This document shows, piece by piece, positions 1 to 14,300 of a stretch of 64,000 nt of DNA. The notes beneath the pieces are model-generated. The model saw only the letters and a program-made list of their open reading frames with translations, was not told where the DNA came from and ran no database searches. The DNA lies in the NCBI RefSeq assembly GCF_003704095.1, contig NW_020843530.1, positions 62,001-126,000 on the forward strand. The letters are read 5' to 3'. Source of the stretch: Pocillopora damicornis (lineage: Eukaryota). Both the position numbers and the translations under genes were made by a program. The first letter of the stretch is position 1. Each line of letters begins with the position of its first letter.

Positions 1-3000
1 AGCAGACTGCCTACAAGCTGGCACGCAATCGCCACATCTTTCGTATGAACACCGTAGCGCGTAAAGTATATACTTTGTAAAAGGGAAGTTGCCAAATTAA
101 GATAAAAATCTACAAGAAGTTTTTTCCTCTTAGTCATGAACATCATTCCTCGAATCTAATTGTTTTTCCCAAACGTTTTCATGTTAGACAACGCTCACGC
201 GCAAGTTTTAATCCATCTAATAAGTTGAAAGAGGTTAAGAATTTGGACAGCGAGACATGCCGAAAGGTTTTTAAAACTTTAAAACTGCACGTAGTATCAT
301 ATGGGTATTGTCATTTAAAGGGGTTATCCAAAATCTCAATATACTTTCCGTCAAGAAAGTTAGAAGGTGAGTTATGTGGTTTAGATTTAGGAAATATCTT
401 TCCTAGAGGTTATTTCATCAACTTCCGTTTTAGTCTTGACCTCTTAGGCAATATGGTTAAAGTCGATCAAAATCCTTCGAAATTTTCTCTCCAATATGGT
501 ATATATAGTTGAATAAATTCAAAGTTAGATATTACGAGACGAAAGTAAAGTAAGGTACAGTTTCAGTTGATTAATGTAAGCTCCAAAATGATCATGGATA
601 TGAAAAGCCCGAAAAGATTATCCTCTGATGAGGGAGTTATTTTAAGTCGTCAGATTCTTGTGCTAAATGGATTAGCATACGGCATTTACATCTGAGAATT
701 TGCGGTTTTTCCGAAATCTTTACAAGGAACATGAAAGTTAAGAGTATATCGAGGTGTTATTCTTAAAACTCGATCGTTGAGTAGATAGAGCTGTCACGAA
801 AATAAAGATCAAAACGAAAACGAAACCTCACCTTACACTTAAAGTTGTAAGCCAAAACATGCATTTACAAATAAAAGACGCAGAGGATTAACAAGGATTA
901 CCCAGAGATAAGGGAAAACTCTTTGGGGCCTGTAACCTGGATTCAAGTTCCTAGTTTTAGACAGATATCAAGTTTATCGAACACAAGTCAGATTATTCTC
1001 ATCCTTCCATGACAGAAATATGACAGAAATACAAAAAAATCTCGGAAAAACGTTTCCTGAAAAATTTAAGAACCATTAGAATAAGAGAAAATCTTGTTAC
1101 AAGTTGTAGTTATATATTTGACAGAATTGTTAATAATAGAAGTAGAACGTAATATAGGTTCTAAGATCTTTAAGAGGAAAGTAAAGTTGTTGAAGATCAC
1201 CCATTCTTCCTGGAACTGGACGCGTTTAACGAGCTTCGGTGGTATTCTAATTCAAATATTAATTTTCTGTCTAAATCTACTTAGATCCAGAACTTTCCGT
1301 ACATCAAAAAATCAGACAATTCTAAGCTGTTTAACCAAGAGATCCCTTGGTTTAACGAATCGGTCATTTTAGCGCTAAACTTTATTGACTGCACGCAATC
1401 AAGTAGTTTACTTGACGAAATTACATAATAATAGCAATGCTGAAAGGGAATTGCAAATGATCACTTTTGTCTCAAGCGTTGCCACGTCAACTCGCATATT
1501 GAAATTTTCTTCATTTTCAGAATCCCAATGTTTAGTTTAAATCTTCTAGATAGATATGTTCACTAGGTTTTTTTAATGGTTTGTTATTTGAAGATTTTCT
1601 TCCATACTATAGGAATTCTCCGTAGCAAAAGAAAATTGGAATTATCTTTACCTAACTCTTATAACATTCGAGCTTAAGGATTTCTTGTCTTGTTACTGAT
1701 CTCATGTCACACGCATGTTCTGTCATTTCCAGCATCTTTTTTTGAACAGTATATGTGAGCGCTTTGTAAACCCCCTCCCCATGAATAGTCCCATTCTTCA
1801 GTCAGCTAATGTAATTGCAACAGAGTTCAGGGGCGTTTCTATTTTGTCATCTTAACAATTCATAATCGTAAAAATCGGTCATTTCATGGCAAGACACACA
1901 GCTGGTGGTTAAAAGTTTGTTCCCTTACAACTTAAACTCCAGTCTCGCAATTTATATCATACATTTTAAGTTAATTTATCTTCTTCGTCTTCGTGGTCGT
2001 TTTTGTTGTTGCTATATTCGTTGGTATTTCTTATTACTCCCGTTAAAAAACCGAGAAATTTTGAAAATCAAAGGTGAATAACAACAACCCTTTCGGAGGC
2101 TGAAGGTTTGAGGAATGATAAAAGCAACCTACTTTTCCTGTCTACGGTCCAGTGTGCAGTTGTTGGGACTGTATTTGTGCAAATGCGTTAAAAGATTTAA
2201 AATAAAGGCAATTGTTTAAATAGTTTTCCTTTATTGATAGACAAAGTGTTCTGGATAATTCTCTCTCCCAATTTCATTTTGTTTTGGCGAGATCAATGAC
2301 ACGCACGTGTGATTATACTCAACAAAGGCTGACTGATCAAGAAATTTTAAAGGGGGCTCAAAGATTAGGAGCTTACATGACGGCTACATAGCTGCTTTGG
2401 TGGAAATGATGCCAGGAAAGATTAGTTAGTGATATGTCTTGTTTTAAGCACTTGTCTCCTTTGAATAGGAAATAAAAACTGCAGTTAACTTCGTTAAGAA
2501 AGATTTTTAAGATCCGGAGTGGTAACTACATGGAGAAAGATTTTGGGGATTTTTTTTTCTGTCGGAAAATTTCGGTCTCGAATTTAAACAATTTAAGCAA
2601 TTTAAACAATCAGGAGCTGACTTTGGAAAGTATGTAGATGATAGGCTTAAGGTTACAGAATAATCCAGCAAAGACATGAAGAAAATTATTTTGAGAGGAC
2701 AAAGTTATCTGGAGTCGCCTAAATTCTTTCTAAGTGGATCATCACATTGCGTTTATTTTTTGTGATTTCAAGACATTTTAAGTGTCAAAATTCTCCTTTC
2801 ACTGAATGTGACGTGAATGCTGACAGCATACCAGACGATTTTGGCCAGATCTATTCAGCCCTTACAAAATATTACTTCAAGTTTCATATTGTTATTTCAT
2901 CCTCCAAGAATCCATGGTCTGCCATGAAGAAGATGAAGATGGATTCTAGTCACAACCGTCGAAATAAATTTTTGGCGGCCAGCTGCTGAATAGATAAAAA

Positions 3001-4047
3001 AAAAATTGAGTAAATTAGGAAGCTAGGTTCTTTTAGCTTATGCCCAGGTCATGTTGTCATGTATCGATTATATAAGGCTGCTTTGGACATCCTGCGAAAA
3101 AAAACAACATTTTTAGGATTAGTTGAACGTATAGTAAGCAAGTACCTATACAGGTTAACGCTAAAAGTAAGCACTTCACTGAAAAAAGAGAACAAAGTCT
3201 TTCACTAGTCCAACATTCTAATTGCTTTTTATTTGTCTTACACATTGACAATATAGGATTCGTTATTTTTCTCCGTGTCAATCCAGAGCTTTCCCACATT
3301 TAAGCATTTTACACTCTGTCATTTTCAACCAAATGTTCATGAACACACACAACCTAGATGGAATTACATTATGATAAACATTAAACAGGCCATTATCTGA
3401 AACCATTCATCATCAACATTTAAAAGCATATAAGAATTCTTTTGGATTCTATCGAGCAACCATGTAAAAAAAAACTATTGTCAGGGTTCATTTTTCTACT
3501 TTTATGTATACGTTGAAGATCTTGGTATGAAATCAGCAGTTTTAATAAGCACGTTAGTGTTCCCATCTAACTGTTATTTTTTGTCTCCTCCCATAAATTA
3601 ACTTGCACATGACAACAATAAAACGCTTTAATTTGAGAGGAATCATTATCACTTCTGAGCTAGAAACCGCAAGCAACCCCGGGTTCTCTCTCTTGTTTCC
3701 CGTGGAGGAAGTTGATCACAAACAATTATGCATCAAATCACATTTTGACCTGTGAATAATGAGTGACGAATTACATCGTTCTTTACCGGTGAATGGGTTT
3801 TCAGCTTCAGCTCGCAGGACCCTCGAAGGGTCAAGGCGAGACGTGACTACACCGAAGTAAAGAGCTATTTATTTTTGGAACGATAGGAAATAGGAAGTAT
3901 TTTAAGAGGGTATTTTAATCGTGCCAAACGTGAGCTTGTTTTTGCGGTTGGCATGGCCGTTGGGTTTTTTTATTTCCAACAGGCAAACACGGTTCATTAA
4001 CGGGTCCAACTGCAGGACACTGTACCAGGATCAGCACCAAACCCAAA

Positions 4048-4324
4048 GGAGATGGCAAAGGGGGAATCCTGATCCCGTTCCACGCACGTATTTTTGACAA
4101 ATCAAATCTTCAAGTATATAAAAGAAAAATTTTGAACCCCTCCTCTCGAAGGTTTCGGGGAAATCTTGAGGTTTTCACAAAAAAAAGACAAAAAATCAGA
4201 AAGCAAATCACGTCTGAAACTGTTTCATCAATTTACCGTTCCCGCTCACCTTTCCCTAAAATTTGCGCGTCACACATTAATTTGGCCTTAATCACGCGTC
4301 ACTTTTAAACCCTTTGGGACACTC
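4048..4324. mobile_element. Short non-autonomous DNA transposon (MITE) with TCACGCGTCAC subterminal repeats
   Basis: Left end GGAGATGGCAAAGGG and right end CCCTTTGGGACACTC form an imperfect 15-bp inverted repeat. Flanks CCCAAA (4042-4047) and CACAAA (4325-4330) are a 5/6 direct repeat. Same end motifs as the 6620-8009 element. Confidence 0.6.
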
Positions 4325-6619
4325 CACAAACACAAACAGAGCTTTACATGATTTATGGATGAAAACTTGGGAAAAAGTTCCCGTGTGTAGATAAAGCGAA
4401 CAGTTAGCTCTGCATTAGAAGTTGATCAGAGTTCAGGTTTCGTGCTGCTTCGACTTGAGCCTTGGTTACACTTATTCAGCCGTACGTTATTCTGTTATAA
4501 AATGAGCTCAGTGGTGAAAGTAATGACTGTTGAAAACCTAAGTGGTCACTTGACGTCTTAGCCTCGCCAATAAGTAAAAATCCCTGGCAAACTGTATTAT
4601 TTTAATGACTGTGGTCGAGCATAGGTGTCTGGCACGTTACTATTGGTCAAAAATTTGGCAGGGTTTCACTTTTGTGAACAAGAGGTCGGTGTGCTAGCTT
4701 ACTAGGAATTATGCCAAAACTGAAGTTCTCTTTGCGAATAAATCGTCAACCAGACCCTGACCTAATGGTGAAACAAAGGCTTCAGCGTATTTCAGAAGCG
4801 GAATATTTTGGTACAACAAGCTTGATTTGCTAAAAGTCAGGTTTCTATGGAAAATTATAACAACCATGGTGAATGAGTTCCTGTTAGGGTGGCTCGAGCT
4901 AGGTCACCTGGAACGAGTTCTAAGTTTGGCTTATCATAAATCTTATTCATATATATTTTCTAGCAAGGCCTTATGAGCGAATACACGAAAACCTTAATTT
5001 GCCAAAAGTTTGTCAATAACAACAAGATTTCGAGTGCAAATTTGCGTTAAAGCGTTAAAGCGCCAAAGCGAGCCGTGACTATCCTTGCACCAGAGATCCC
5101 TTTTCTAAGTCACACAGTAAAATGTCCCGTGAACTACATGTACCAATCACTTGCGTAGGTAGTTGAAAGTAAAAAAAATACCTCGCAATGTTTTTGAAGA
5201 GAAACGCCCTACTCTTCTTTTAAGTATCAGTCGTAATATGATAATCAAGAAATTTGTTTACAATTTCGACTTTACGCAGGAAAGAGCATAATTAGCATAA
5301 ATAAAGCATAATTATTTTTAATGCTTATGGTTGGAGATCTGAGAAATGCCCTAAAGTACAAGAACTGGAAAATTAGTTAATGAGCGTAGCCCACTCAAGT
5401 AATTTTCTTAGTTTTGCTTGAATTCTGTCATACGTTGGAGAAATTCATTGCTTCATTGTGAGCTCTCGAATACTTAGTGCTTCTAAACCTTTTCTTCAAA
5501 GACAAATACCAAACCACGCTGCTTCTCTTTGTAGTAAAAAATTATTGAACTTAGTTGATTTATACGATACAAAAGAAAGGATCATGAACATAGCGTATCA
5601 GAAGTTTTGCTGGTTCCTGTAAAAACAGCTTGGAGGTGTAACAAGAGATAAAATGACGATATCAAAGAGGAATGAAGATTAAAATTTAGAACCTTTTTAC
5701 TCAATTCTCGTTTTAACTGGATTAACATCTAATTGTATTTTTTTTTCATTGACCGTAGTGTCGCAATCTTCAAAGTTCCAATGGCCTGGCAACTTTAAAA
5801 GCCCTTGATCAATCATTCTCAGACTTTCCAGTCTGTCTCCAAATGTCTTGTATTTGTTGATAGTTAATACAAACAAAATACTGCAAAGAAAACGATGCTC
5901 TAAATCAAGGGATAAATGCTTAATGAGGAATATTGTTGAAAAAGTATTTTGTATAAGAAGAGAGTTTTCAAAGAAAGAACGAGGTAACTACGTCTTTTGA
6001 AAATTAAGCGAGAAACGACAATCGGTAAAGTTAAAACCAAGAAAGCTCATCCTCTTGAAAGCCAATTTTACATATAGGGTGTGAACAGGCTAAACCAGCT
6101 AACATTGTTTTATAAGTTTCAAAAAGGAATTGTGTCATGAGCTGAAATGAATTGTGTCGTATCTCAATAATTTTTTTAAGGTATCTGTAATCCGTTTATT
6201 TTTTCGGAAATTGGATTTCCTGTCTCTGTGTCTTCGAGAAACTTCCAACACTAAAATAATCACAATCAAATTGATAGCTAAACAGATCCGACATTCCTGT
6301 CTCACGGTTTTGATCACCAAAAAATATAATAAAACAAAATAAAGATTATGACATCGATGCCCAAGTAGATCGAAGATCAGCGATTGGTTTTCTGTTGCCT
6401 TGAGACACTGTTTCCACTGTAACGCCAAAATACAAACTCCTTTTGCGATTACTTCGCTGTTAAATCTTAATAAATGAATAGTCCTTCACAAATTCAAGTT
6501 TAGCACAAGAAGAGTAATTTTCACCTGTTGAAACGAATTCACAATAAACTCGTTTTCGGCTCCCAATGACCAAAATAGCTTCACGAACAAAAGCAGATGT
6601 CACTGGATGACATATGAAA

Positions 6620-8009
6620 GAGGGCGGCGAAGGGGGGGTTCCAATCACACAGAATTTCTATTAAATCACGCATCACGGATAATTTTTTAACCAATCACGT
6701 AAAAGGAGTAAGTATCGGATGTATTATTGAAAATTGCATTGAATCCAACATATTTTATCCTGGAATAAATAGCGTTTTATTTGTCATGTTGCTTTTTGTT
6801 AGACAAAAAAAGACGACTTAGTTGTTGGAACTTGACGCTCCGAGAGCGTTTACTCGGGCTTCGTATCGCAATATCACATCGTACTTTACAAGTATGGAGC
6901 ACAATAAAAGTAAATCAAAGAATCAGGACATTTAACACAAGAGTTAAGCTTAGATATTTACTGTTCAAGTTGCTTCGTTGAGTATCCTCTTCATCCAATA
7001 GCTTGTTGTTTGCCTCACCTTCGACGTTCTGTTCACGAAGATTTTTTATTTTTTCAATTCAACATCTGAGGTGTTCGTCTGGGCATCATAGTCGTCATAG
7101 TTTGTTGTTTAATAAGTCAGAAATCATAGTTTTGACAATGTTTTTTGTAGTTTGAACCCATATATGACCCATCAGCTATCTCACGAAAACTAGTATGAAC
7201 TTTACTGATTTGCCTATCTTTCAACTTGCGGCCACTAGTGGCTCCAAGAGTGAGTAGACGTCTGCGCCACCTTAACTTTTCTCTTTTGATACTTAGGCAA
7301 TATTTATGTCAATGCTTTGCCCAATTCCCTTCTGTGCGGCAACTGTTTTTATGTCAGTAAAAGATATAACGTGGCTTTTGATTTCGTCTAGGTCAAAAAT
7401 GTTTTCCTCGTGTACTTATTGCTTACATTGCAATCCTCTCGGTTGGCATAAAATGACACCAAAACTCTAACGTCTTTTACCGTTTCAGTCGTTTGGGTCG
7501 ACATTCTTTCAGATCTTTCATTCGATGGATTCGGATACTTCTGGTTTTTCTGGATACGATCTGGCGCACCACCACGACCAGGCAGTCGACAAAAATAGCA
7601 CTGAAGGTCATAGTCCTTGTGCAAATGTTGACTTTACTAACTTATGCTTATTGTGTAACGATTATTTGGACCCACTAGGAAGGTCAAAGACATCAAAGGT
7701 CAAGCGAAGGTCAGCAAAGGACGTAAAAGACTAGAAATAGTGTCACGACTGCCACGGCTTACTGATCTTTGTAAGACTCTACTTACTTTGAATGATTGGT
7801 TTCCTCTTAGGTCAAAGAGCGTTCATTATCACGGAAATCTAATTAGTAAGTCTCATAAATCACGCGTCACGGGCTTATAAAATAGAAAATCATGCATCAC
7901 GTTGTCGTGTGCGGTCCTGCGTCACGCGGATAAAATTTAGCATTAATCACGCGTCACTCTGCAAATTTTGGGGCCATCACGCGTCACGCTAAAACCCTTT
8001 GCCACCCTC
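6620..8009. mobile_element. 1.39-kb non-autonomous DNA transposon with 15-bp TIRs and 6-bp TSD
   Basis: TIRs GAGGGCGGCGAAGGG and CCCTTTGCCACCCTC match 13/15. Perfect flanking direct repeat ATGAAA at 6614-6619 and 8010-8015. Several (A)ATCACGC(G/A)TCAC repeats near both ends. No transposase ORF. Confidence 0.75.
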
Positions 8010-11000
8010 ATGAAAGGGCATGGACTCGGTGAAATTAACTGAATGAGCAAGGAGAAAAATTAAGGTCTTCGACGTTTTTAGCTTAGCTTTTTTGTAAACA
8101 CACCTGTAATCATAAAAGCATCATCGCCTGTTTTAAGCAGTTATTATGTTGTAAAAAAGGAGATAAGAAGCCAAACTTTGAGGGAGTTAAGAGTAGCAAG
8201 TTGCCCGGTGCGTTCAGTTTGTTTCATGTTATGATGCATGTTAGCCCAGCGCTTAACTCATGCACACCGGTTGATTGATTCAACTTTTTAATCAATCAAT
8301 CAAATTATGGTTTACGTTTGCTCTTATGCTAAGGAACCCCGCTCCATAATTACAAAATATGTCCATTACTTTTCCAAAAATGACATACAATTTCGTGGCA
8401 GAATCACATACCTTTGAATTTCAGCCGAAATATGCTTCAGAAAAAAGTTCTCTGCAACTATCTATTCATACTAACTCTCAATTAAAAAGAGAGTTGCTTT
8501 CTTTTTCAGTAATGAAATTACCATGGCCAGCTTCTACAGTTAAAGGCAAGGGGGGGAAAAAAACCTACGACTAAAGAAATCATATTCCTAGATAATGACT
8601 GAAGTACTTGAAAGAAGACTATTCCCTTTGACTAAAATTATTCCATATGATTATGTCAAAAAGTGTTTTGAAATTCGTAATTGAAAGCTTCTTTTAGATC
8701 TGAGATTTTACTATAAACTGCAAGAATTTGGGACGGGATCGACAAATCATGGCTAAATTACAATCGGTTTTTGTGTTCCATTCCAGTTTCATGTGAATTT
8801 ATTTTTTTTTCTCGCGAGTTATCATTTCCGTTCCACCCTTACATCCCGTTTGTTTTTAAAAAATATCAGGACCTCGTTCAACTCGTTTTGTTTTGTATCT
8901 TTTGTTTTGATGGAGTTTTGAGTTTTCTAGTTTCAGTAAATTGTTCTGACAATCGTCTTTTCGAATTGATCGTGTTTACGTCTGAAGATGATTACAGCAA
9001 TTGCTTTTACGTCTAAAAATGATTACAACCGCTCTTTGTCTAAAGAGTAAACAGCCGCCTACAGGAATGGCTCGGCAGTTTTAAAAATCAGTTCATGATG
9101 TAGGAGTTTCCTTTATTAACTTGTTTATTACTTACCAAAATGGCCCACGTACGTCAAAGTGTCGCATGCCTTGAAAACATCTTTCTCTCATTAACACAGC
9201 AGAAAAGAGGGAAAGAAACTTGATACTGAGCCATCCTCCGGCTTTTTCTTTGTAGAATGTGTTGTTGCCGGCCTTGCAGTGTAAAATTAAAACGTGATCT
9301 TGATATGATTGTTTCCGTTTTCGCCCCCTGATTTCCAAATTTAACAATCAAAAAGAAGTAAAAAACCCACACAGAAACATTTTCCCGCAGTGTCGATAGC
9401 AAGGAGTTACCATAAATAATTTGGCCGAATACCTCTGGGGCAGTTTAATTAGGGAACAAAGAACTGTTATCCGATTTGAAAATTTTCAGCTCTTGGAGAG
9501 AAGATAACTTTAGGCATTCACAGATGCTCAAAATCCAATCTCAGTAGAACTTGTGACGAGTTGGAGATAAAACGAATGCGGAATACAGTATTCTTTCTTC
9601 CACCAAAATATTATTCTCACGTTCTAGTAGAGAAGTAGTGGACCAAAAGGGCTACAAATTTACAAGACAGCTAACCTAAATAGCTCATTGTTATTAAGCT
9701 CTAAGAATATGTCCAGTTCCTGTTTAAGTTTAAGGAGGCTCACCTAAATACACCTTCTAGTGAGCCCGCTGCAGCAGTGATACAACAGCTGGTGCTAGAC
9801 GTACAGTAGATTCTTTGAGAGAAAGTTTGCAAATACCAACCCTGAAAAATTGTTTTTTGTTCTTTCGAAAAGCTCGTCTCTTCCTAACAGAGTTCTTTTA
9901 GATGAAGCGAGAAATTTCCCCTCTTTTTTGACTAATTGAATTTAGAAATAAGTTAATGTATGATGATTGAAGATTTTTCTATTACCGGGAATAAGTACGT
10001 CTCTATAGACTTCAAGTATCTTCTTTATGGATTGAACCACCGACACTCGTGTTAGTTTCATGGTGGTCTGTGTAGTGCACTCGGTTCCCTTTTATTGATG
10101 ACAGAGTCGTCTATGTTCCTGTAATTAAACTGGTTTTTTTTATTACTTCTTCCTTTCCATTAACTAAGGTCTTAATAATAACCATTTTTCCCAGAGTATA
10201 ATGTCTCGTTTTCCAGAATGACGTCAGCCCAACTAAGACAATCAAACAAAGCGTTTTTACATCGTGAAGATAACTCCTTTCTAATAATAAAAAGTGGAAA
10301 GTGTTTAGATCGTGCCTTTTCCTAGTTTGTTATCACATAACCCCATGGTCCTGTAAAAAAGGATGTGACTCCAAATTTGTTGAGATATAACTACCCTAGC
10401 CATGATAAAAGAGCGATCCTCTACTAGAGGCCAGAGTAACATTCAGCATTTGGTTGTTAGGTCTTTCTTTCCATAAACTTCAGCAATAAAGGCTTTTTGA
10501 TTGAAGTATCAAAATAACCTTTGCCCGCCGGATCTGCAGCTACTGCAAGCAGAACATACCGACGTACACAAGAGGTCTTAAATATTTTCACACCCTCCCA
10601 ATTTAGTCAAACTAAACAGAAAACAGTCAGAAAACAACCTTGACTCAAATGGAAGGCTCACAACGGGACATCCGCCATTTCAGACGTAGCGTCGCAAAAT
10701 TTCGAAGAAGTCAATTCAAATCAAATAACCCCGTGCACAAGACAATCCGAACCACCCTGCCTTCTCAGATGTTGTGGAACGTCTATCTGGTGCAAATTAC
10801 CGAATTTGATATTTTGAATTTCACCCCGCGAAAAATAGTTGTTCCCAAACGAACCCTGCATATGATTTACGTTATGCGATGACGATAAACAGATCAAATT
10901 GTATAACAAATGTTTATGATTGAATAGCCCGAGATAAACTTTAACCTGACAACAGCCTTTGCTTTAAAAGGAACTAAATTGCTGATGACACCGAGAGGTC

Positions 11001-11183
11001 GGTATAGATATGATCTCGCTTGTCATGTAATAAATAAAGTGCGGACTTGCTCAAGAGCGTTCCAAAAATAACGTCATCTCTTATTTTCATGCTTCGGTAA
11101 ACATCTTAAGAATACCTTCCAAAGTGGGCACTTAACATTAACTCAATAAAGGTGACGAAAACTGTGTCTGTCAAATTTATAGA

Positions 11184-11197
11184 CACGTGGCATAAAA
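11184..11197 (+). promoter_or_regulatory. Candidate core promoter of the lectin-vWA gene (E-box CACGTG plus TATA-like CATAAAA)
   Basis: CACGTG at 11184-11189 and CATAAAA at 11191-11197, about 140 nt upstream of the ATG at 11332. A possible 5'UTR intron lies at 11249-11311. Motif match only. Confidence 0.3.
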
Positions 11198-11331
11198 AGG
11201 ATCATCTTTCGTCTGGTGATGGCAGTGAAAAAGCTATTTGAATGCCAGGTATTGATCGATAGAACTCAGTTAAATCTTTGCCACGGAGTTAGTAGAAAGT
11301 TACTTTTTCAGACCGTCGGTTGAGTAAGAGG

Positions 11332-14300
11332 ATGAGCTCGTTGATTTTGGTTACCCCTGCACTCCTTTTGGTTTGCTTGTGTTCGTCAGTCTCGGCTGGA
11401 AGCAAAGGATTTCGTAAGTAGGACTTATTTATTCATTTGTTTATCCGGTAAAAAAGGACGCTTTAAGTCGCTGAATAACATTTGAAAATCTAATTAAACA
11501 GGAGGACGTCTAAATAAGTTGAGTTATCAGCGTCTTGACTTAACTTTCAATTCTTTATGGCTCTCAAGCCCAAAATTACCACGTATAGTTAGCTGGATGC
11601 AGTTGTTCATGTTGCCCATATTTATAATTTCTTAGAAGTTAGATTAATTAAAACCGTTTGCGTGTAGCTATGAGCATAGTATTTCAAGATGGATTTCCAC
11701 GCCTCGATGTAGGATTTGATATCGTTTTCTGCGCTTCAGACTACAAAGTTCCCACGGCGACAACTTGGACAATGCGAAGGAAAAATATAAAGAAACACAA
11801 ATGATGACCAGTCATGGCAGGAATTTTTAGGAAGAGGGAAAGTGAAAACTGTGTGAACGAGTGATGGAGGATTCAAAGTAAAACAAAGTGCAGTCCTGCA
11901 ATTGAAAGAAGAGGGGTTTTCTCAAATTTCTGGGAAAGTGATCGTTGTGTTTTTGTTAATCTATATGAGACTGCGAGAGTGGGAACGTTTTGAACTTTAA
12001 TTCAAGTGTTGACACAAATTGGGGAATGATTCACATTCGCTTTTTTCGACGACCGAGCTGAAGATTTTTTTATCTATCTATCTTAAGGCAGTCTGATTTA
12101 AGAAGAAACGACGAATATACTGTTTGATTTTTCACGTAATTCTTCGAATAAAGGCGATATCCTGAAAAGAAGAAAAATTCGAAGTATAGAAAATCTTTGC
12201 CACAATAGGAATCCTGCTGTGTTTGTCTCAAGGTGTGCATGGAAAATGTGAAAAAACTCCATCACTTACAAGATATTTGCTGAATTTCATCTTATTTCAT
12301 CAATTAACTGTTAAATTACAGATCATCATACTCAGAGACCCACACGTTCGTATTTTAGTACATGCTCATTAGAAGAAACACTCACTGGGACCTCGAGTGG
12401 CTTTTGAAAAATCCTGAGAAGAAGACGGCTTCCTAAATAAGAGACTCCTAGGAAAATTCTCTCTATACTCTGTTGCGCAACAAAGCTTTTCCGGAAAATC
12501 ATTTAAAAGGTTAAAGAGTAGGATACCTTGATCAAGATAAGTTACTTTTTTATCAATCTGCCGAAAAATGTTAATGGTTTAAAAAATGCTGAACTTAAAA
12601 ATCCGTTACGCAATAGTTTTTGCTGACCAAAGCAAAAAGCTCTTCGCATTATAATGAAAAGTATTTCGTCCTTGTGATAAATATTTGGCGGTTGAAGGCA
12701 TGTGCAATATTCCTTTCGCACATCTTGCTACTTCCGGGGTAGGAAGACTTTCCAAATGTTATTTTTCTTTTTCGGAATAGTGATGAGACGGAGGTTAAAC
12801 AGACAAACGATCTCTAGTCTCCGTTTGTTAGGTTCTCGTAGCCTTTTGTAGCCAGAGTGTGTGGACTTTATTTGAGGCACGCTTAAATTCGTGTGCAATC
12901 CTTACGTAACTGGTTTAGCTAAATCATACTGGTTATTTGTTACATTCCTAGCTGCCGATAACAAAGATTTCTTTGTGGGTATAATTTTTCAACACCTTGA
13001 CGCAATAAAAGGTCTTGACAATTTGAAACATGTTAAAGCCAGGAACATTTTCAACATAAGCCTCTGACAATTTTTAAAAATAGGGCAATGATCGTAGAGG
13101 GTAAAAGCTCCCACCAGGAGTTAGAGCACCAATAAATCAAATCATGTATCATAAAAAATACCTATACAATTAAAGAGAAAGCAATATAAAGAAAATAAAT
13201 GAGAAAGCCAATCTTCTGTATAAAAATAGATATCCCCTATGAAACACCTCTAGAAACTCTTGAATAAGGATCAAAGTCCCCGCTAGCATTTATAGCAAAA
13301 TTATTTTATCTATCCGCCTAGACGAGGCATGGTACTGTGATAACTAAAAACACATATATTCTCAATACCCCCTAAGTGAACGTAACGAAATCAGTATGAC
13401 TGTCAATATTAAAATCATTTGTATGGTTTCTGCTCAGTCAAAAGGCATGCATAGTTTTGTGAACCTCTTCTCCGTACAGATCTTCCTAACATGAGCTAAA
13501 CAGCTGAGCTGAGCTTAGTAATGGGTACAGTCTGGAACAAGCAACATCTGTTACTACACGATGTGTCCAAGACATTGAATCAAACCTACGTCCAAAACAA
13601 ATTAGAGAAGAAAGAAAGAACAATTATGAGTCCTCCCTTTAGTTTTATGGATCTTTTTTCTGGGCAGTACCGTCTACACATACATATTTTGCTCATAAAG
13701 AATTGATTTGTAAACTCCCGCGTCTGATATGTTTCGCGACTGCCGCTATGAGTTAAAAGTATGGGCAATGTGACATTGTGACACGAAAAAGAGACACAAA
13801 CAAACAAATAAAACAAAAAGATTAATTTAGTATTATCAACTGTGTTGATAATGTCAATTGGCCACCATGAAAGGTTTAAAAGCTGACGTTTCGAGCGTTA
13901 ACCCCTCGTTTCGAGCGTCAGCCCTTCGCCATTCTCTCAAACGAAGGGCTAACGCTCAAAATGTCAGCTTTTAAACTCACCCACCACGGCAGCACCACAG
14001 TTTTTTTTAGAAACTTACCCCCTTTAAACAAAGAGATTCATTCATTTCTTGATTCAATATGTATTCAACATGGGCTAGGAAAATAAGGACGGTGATAACA
14101 ATGAAAATCGTGCAGAGGTTGCTGTATAAATATCTAACAACACTCCACCCGAAAGAACTAGAAATCCATTGAAAGAAATTCATATTTAAAGCCATTTTTC
14201 GAGGAGAGAGTTCGACGATACGTTCATTCTAGAATGGCCACATGAACAATCATTCTTAATGTTCAATAGAGACAAAAACATGACTTCAGTTTATATGCTT

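Noticed and set aside
3811-3840. GC-rich hairpin CTCGC-AG-GACCC-TCGAA-GGGTC-AAG-GCGAG
   Set aside because: Single short stem-loop with no ribozyme, SECIS, snoRNA or Helitron-end context.
225-11000. Short ORFs in the first 11 kb, including 2747-2989 (FTECDVNADSIPDDFGQIYSALTKYYF)
   Set aside because: Mostly non-ATG starts, no recognisable domain and no consistent splice chain. The 2.3-3.0 kb stretch may be decayed coding sequence, but I cannot assign it.
10982-11010. CTGATGA followed by the hairpin ACCGA-GAGG-TCGGT (hammerhead-like)
   Set aside because: The required GAAA after stem II is absent.
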